UHGV virus genome: UHGV-0017704
DNA: 38,608 bases
Direction: 5' to 3' (one strand)
Source: a virus
In this document: one piece after another, positions 36,333-38,608 of the stretch
How positions within the stretch are numbered: position 1 is the stretch's first letter
Layout of the letters: each line of letters opens with the position of its first letter
The notes under the pieces: generated by a model
Told to the model about the DNA's origin: nothing
The model's database searches: none
What the model saw: the letters and a program-made list of their open reading frames with translations, nothing else
Position numbers and translations under genes: made by a program

Positions 36333-36747
36333 ACTAATTAATAATGATAATAATTGTATTCCAACGAAAGCTCACGTAACGGACGCGGGCTATGATTTGC
36401 GGGCGAGCCGTTGTATGAGCGTATTCCCTAGAGATACGGAATTTATTCCAACTGGTGTATGTGTGGACATTCCAGTTGGATATGTGGGGTTGCTGTTCCC
36501 TCGTAGTAGTATCAGTAAAACACCTCTACGAATGGCTAACAGCGTTGGCGTTATAGACGCGGGTTATAAGGGTGAAATTAAAGTACCATTATTTAATACT
36601 GATGAAGTTGAAATTATAGATATTGACAAATACGATAGAATTGCTCAACTCGTCATTGTTCCATGTATGGACTTTGAACTAGAAGTTGCGGACGATTTAG
36701 GAAATTCCGAGCGTGGTACGGGTGGCTTTGGTAGTACAGGTAAATAA
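36322..36747 (+). CDS. dut: dUTP diphosphatase (trimeric dUTPase)
   Basis: Five canonical motifs: AGYDL, PRSS, GVIDAGYKGE, RIAQL, RGTGGFGSTG. Confidence 0.9.
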   Translation: MKIKLINNDNNCIPTKAHVTDAGYDLRASRCMSVFPRDTEFIPTGVCVDIPVGYVGLLFPRSSISKTPLRMANSVGVIDAGYKGEIKVPLFNTDEVEIIDIDKYDRIAQLVIVPCMDFELEVADDLGNSERGTGGFGSTGK

Positions 36748-36762
36748 GTTAATTATTACATA

Positions 36763-36795
36763 AGAGCATACTAAGTATGCTCTTTTTGTATTTTA
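36763..36795 (+). terminator. Rho-independent terminator
   Basis: AGAGCATACTAAGTATGCTCT followed by TTTTGTATTTT. Confidence 0.65.
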
Positions 36796-36853
36796 CAAAT
36801 TAGGATATTTGGTGTATTCTAATTATAGAAGATAAAGTTACTTATGGAGGTAA
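36793..36853 (+). repeat. 61-bp regulatory cassette, copy 2 (identical to 27046..27106)
   Basis: Exact identity. Confidence 0.8.
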
Positions 36854-36859
36854 ACAAAA

Positions 36860-37042
36860 ATGACTAGAACACAAGCGTTAGAAGATTTATTTTTTGCAGT
36901 TAAAACTCACTTGATGAAACGTGTAGAACGTGAAACAGCTGTATGGGTTGCCACTAACGTAACAGTTAGAGTAGAACAAAACAGCAAGATGACAATTGAT
37001 GATATTAAAAAATTACGTGATGACTTTATTATGAGAGGTTAA
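36860..37042 (+). CDS. Hypothetical 60-aa protein
   Basis: Downstream of the cassette. Confidence 0.45.
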   Translation: MTRTQALEDLFFAVKTHLMKRVERETAVWVATNVTVRVEQNSKMTIDDIKKLRDDFIMRG

Positions 37043-37044
37043 TT

Positions 37045-37299
37045 ATGTTAAATGATTTCACAATTAATTATAGAGGGGTACAAATTGCCCCTCAGCTAAG
37101 ACATGACGTACAATGTGATGTATTATGTTATGACTACTACGATAAGCACGTAGAGGTAACATTTGATTATATGATGTATGATAGTTCGGTTAAAATGGAG
37201 TATATCGAAAATATTAAATATGTAGCCGAACAGGGTTTAAATGAGTTGCGTGAGCGAGATATAAACGATTGGTATAACAGCATGGTAGGAGGTGTATAA
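37045..37299 (+). CDS. Hypothetical protein
   Basis: 84-aa ORF. Confidence 0.45.
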   Translation: MLNDFTINYRGVQIAPQLRHDVQCDVLCYDYYDKHVEVTFDYMMYDSSVKMEYIENIKYVAEQGLNELRERDINDWYNSMVGGV

Positions 37300-38035
37300 T
37301 ATGAATACAAAATTTTATAAAGGATATACAGAGTTACGGAATAAAGTACCTACATCAAAACGCAAGAGCCGTATTATAAAGTCCGAGTGGCAAGAGGTTG
37401 GCGGGTTTATTGGTGATGAATATGTACTTGTTGATATTGACGATAAAGTAAACGCTGATTTGTTTTTTAATGTGTGTATTAACTGGGACATTAAATGTCA
37501 TGTGACTGAGTCGCGTCATGGAATACACGCCATTTTTAGAAAACCAACGGAACAACTTGCGTATGGTAACAGAAAAGAAACGTTGACGGGTGTGATTTGT
37601 GATTACAAATGTTCCAATAACAAGGGTTATGAACGTATCATAATTGACGGCGAACCGCTACCAGTTATTTATGGGTGTGATGAACCCGACGTTCTACCGT
37701 GGTTGCTGTTTCCGTTCGGACGTCATAGAAATTTACAGCAAATACAAGAGGGGGACGGGCGTCATAATATATTGTTAGGTTTATCGAACGTATACGCTAT
37801 GTATGAGAATGACCCTAGTAAAATATTATATGCAGTTAACTGGGTTAATGAAAATGTGTTCACACAAGCACGGGAAGCGGTCAATATTCGTATGTGTGAC
37901 GTACAAGATAGTATCAGATATATGAGTAAAAGCTATACAGATACAGAATTTTATAATATCATTAAAGACGTCGATAAGAATAAACTTATTAAATTGTGTG
38001 TACAATATGGGTTAATTAAGGAGGCTAATAAATGA
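37292..38035 (+). CDS. Primase-polymerase (AEP family prim-pol domain)
   Basis: Motif I VLVDIDD, motif II SRHGIHAIF (sxxGxHxxF). No helicase domain. An SF3 helicase is encoded separately downstream. Confidence 0.65.
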   Translation: MYNMNTKFYKGYTELRNKVPTSKRKSRIIKSEWQEVGGFIGDEYVLVDIDDKVNADLFFNVCINWDIKCHVTESRHGIHAIFRKPTEQLAYGNRKETLTGVICDYKCSNNKGYERIIIDGEPLPVIYGCDEPDVLPWLLFPFGRHRNLQQIQEGDGRHNILLGLSNVYAMYENDPSKILYAVNWVNENVFTQAREAVNIRMCDVQDSIRYMSKSYTDTEFYNIIKDVDKNKLIKLCVQYGLIKEANK

Positions 38036-38211
38036 GGGAATTTATAGAGTACGCATTTTATGGTGACGTGGTTGGCAAATCTGTAAAACAGGTAAAACAG
38101 TTATATAATATATATTGTAAACTGTTTGTATGTGATGAGGTTGACAATATAGAGAATAGAATTTGCAATGAGTATGGGTTATTTATTGAGAAAGGATATT
38201 TTATAAAATGA
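38032..38211 (+). CDS. Small hypothetical protein (59 aa)
   Basis: ATG overlaps the upstream stop. Confidence 0.3.
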   Translation: MREFIEYAFYGDVVGKSVKQVKQLYNIYCKLFVCDEVDNIENRICNEYGLFIEKGYFIK

Positions 38212-38459
38212 AATTATATTTAAAATATGGGCAAGTGGTTGAATTAGGAAATGTACTCAGAATTAGATATGAGGGAGGTCACGAGGTTAAACCCTTTAAA
38301 TATAGTAATAATTGTGATGAGGTGTATGGTGTACCCGATAAATATTGTAGGTCTGAAGATGAACAGATGATTGAATTTTATAATGATAAGAATGAAGTAT
38401 TTCAATGTTACGAGTATGACGTAATTGGTGTATTGGAGGAAAGACCTAAAAATGATTAA
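38208..38459 (+). CDS. Hypothetical protein
   Basis: 83-aa ORF. Confidence 0.4.
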   Translation: MKLYLKYGQVVELGNVLRIRYEGGHEVKPFKYSNNCDEVYGVPDKYCRSEDEQMIEFYNDKNEVFQCYEYDVIGVLEERPKND

Positions 38460-38608
38460 TATTAAAATTGAATTGAAGAAGTTAAGAGATACAGGTGAGT
38501 ACTCACCTAACCAACTAAAAGAAATTAAAGAACAATGGGAATATGAAAATGAGGTAGAAAAAGAAAAAGAAAGAGAACGTAAACAGCAAGAAAGAGAACG
38601 TAAACAGC
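38452..38608 (+). CDS. 5' part of the SF3 helicase gene (continues at 1..1388 across the circular junction)
   Basis: ATG at 38452 overlaps the upstream stop. The frame is open to the window end, with (ERERKQQ)n repeats in phase with the window start. Confidence 0.6.
   Translation, partial: MINIKIELKKLRDTGEYSPNQLKEIKEQWEYENEVEKEKERERKQQERERKQ

Noticed and set aside
1287-38506. GTGAGTA as a eukaryote-like 5' splice site or a group II intron boundary.
   Set aside because: There are no intron-encoded ORFs or RNA domain structures, and the copies sit in-frame inside continuous genes.
1-38608. CRISPR array or tRNA genes.
   Set aside because: Repeats are the 21-bp in-frame coding repeat, an (AT)n tract and promoter cassettes, with no repeat-spacer arrays. 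I inspected 5290-5370 and other gaps and found no cloverleaf or T-loop (GTTCRANYC) signatures.
1-38608. Lysogeny module (integrase, CI repressor, attP).
   Set aside because: There is no recombinase-like ORF on either strand, and the only HTH genes are tiny Cro-like ORFs. This is a virulent phage.
38567-38608. The terminal 42-bp identity with the window start as a biological terminal repeat.
   Set aside because: The helicase reading frame runs straight through it, so it is an assembly overlap or permutation point rather than a functional long terminal repeat.

Overview
The window reads as a complete, circularly closed phage genome of about 38.5 kb (low GC, strong GGAGG ribosome-binding sites, sigma-A-type promoters). 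Its first 42 nt are identical to its last 42 nt, and one gene (an SF3 helicase) runs across the window junction. All convincing genes lie on the + strand. I found no integrase or repressor, so this looks like a virulent phage or a circularly permuted full genome. Coordinates marked ~ below are approximate. From the start: helicase 3' part and a putative origin (~1.39-1.78 kb); small early ORFs; packaging and head genes (small and large terminase, portal, prohead protease, HK97-type capsid, connector, head-closure protein); a PBSX-like contractile tail (sheath, tube, chaperone with a -1 frameshift, tape measure, baseplate proteins, two paralogous fibers); a DNA-metabolism block (SNF2 helicase, ThyX-like protein, VRR-NUC nuclease, split HD-domain gene, Erf annealing protein, family-B DNA polymerase); a lysis cassette (GH25 lysin and holin) placed unusually among early genes; a pair of HNH genes; a promoter-dense accessory region with a lipoprotein and tiny hydrophobic peptides; dUTPase; a primase-polymerase; and the helicase 5' part. 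Four full-length copies, an N-truncated copy and two decayed remnants of a free-standing HNH-like homing endonuclease family are scattered through the genome. The most striking unexplained signals are: a roughly 30-fold over-represented octamer GTGAGTAC/GTACTCAC (about 29 copies, in several reading frames); two promoter families reused as cassettes; an orphan promoter-terminator unit (~5245-5410) between the terminase and portal genes (possible small RNA); a two-gene insertion with its own promoter inside the tail module; and a ThyX-like protein that lacks the catalytic RHR motif.
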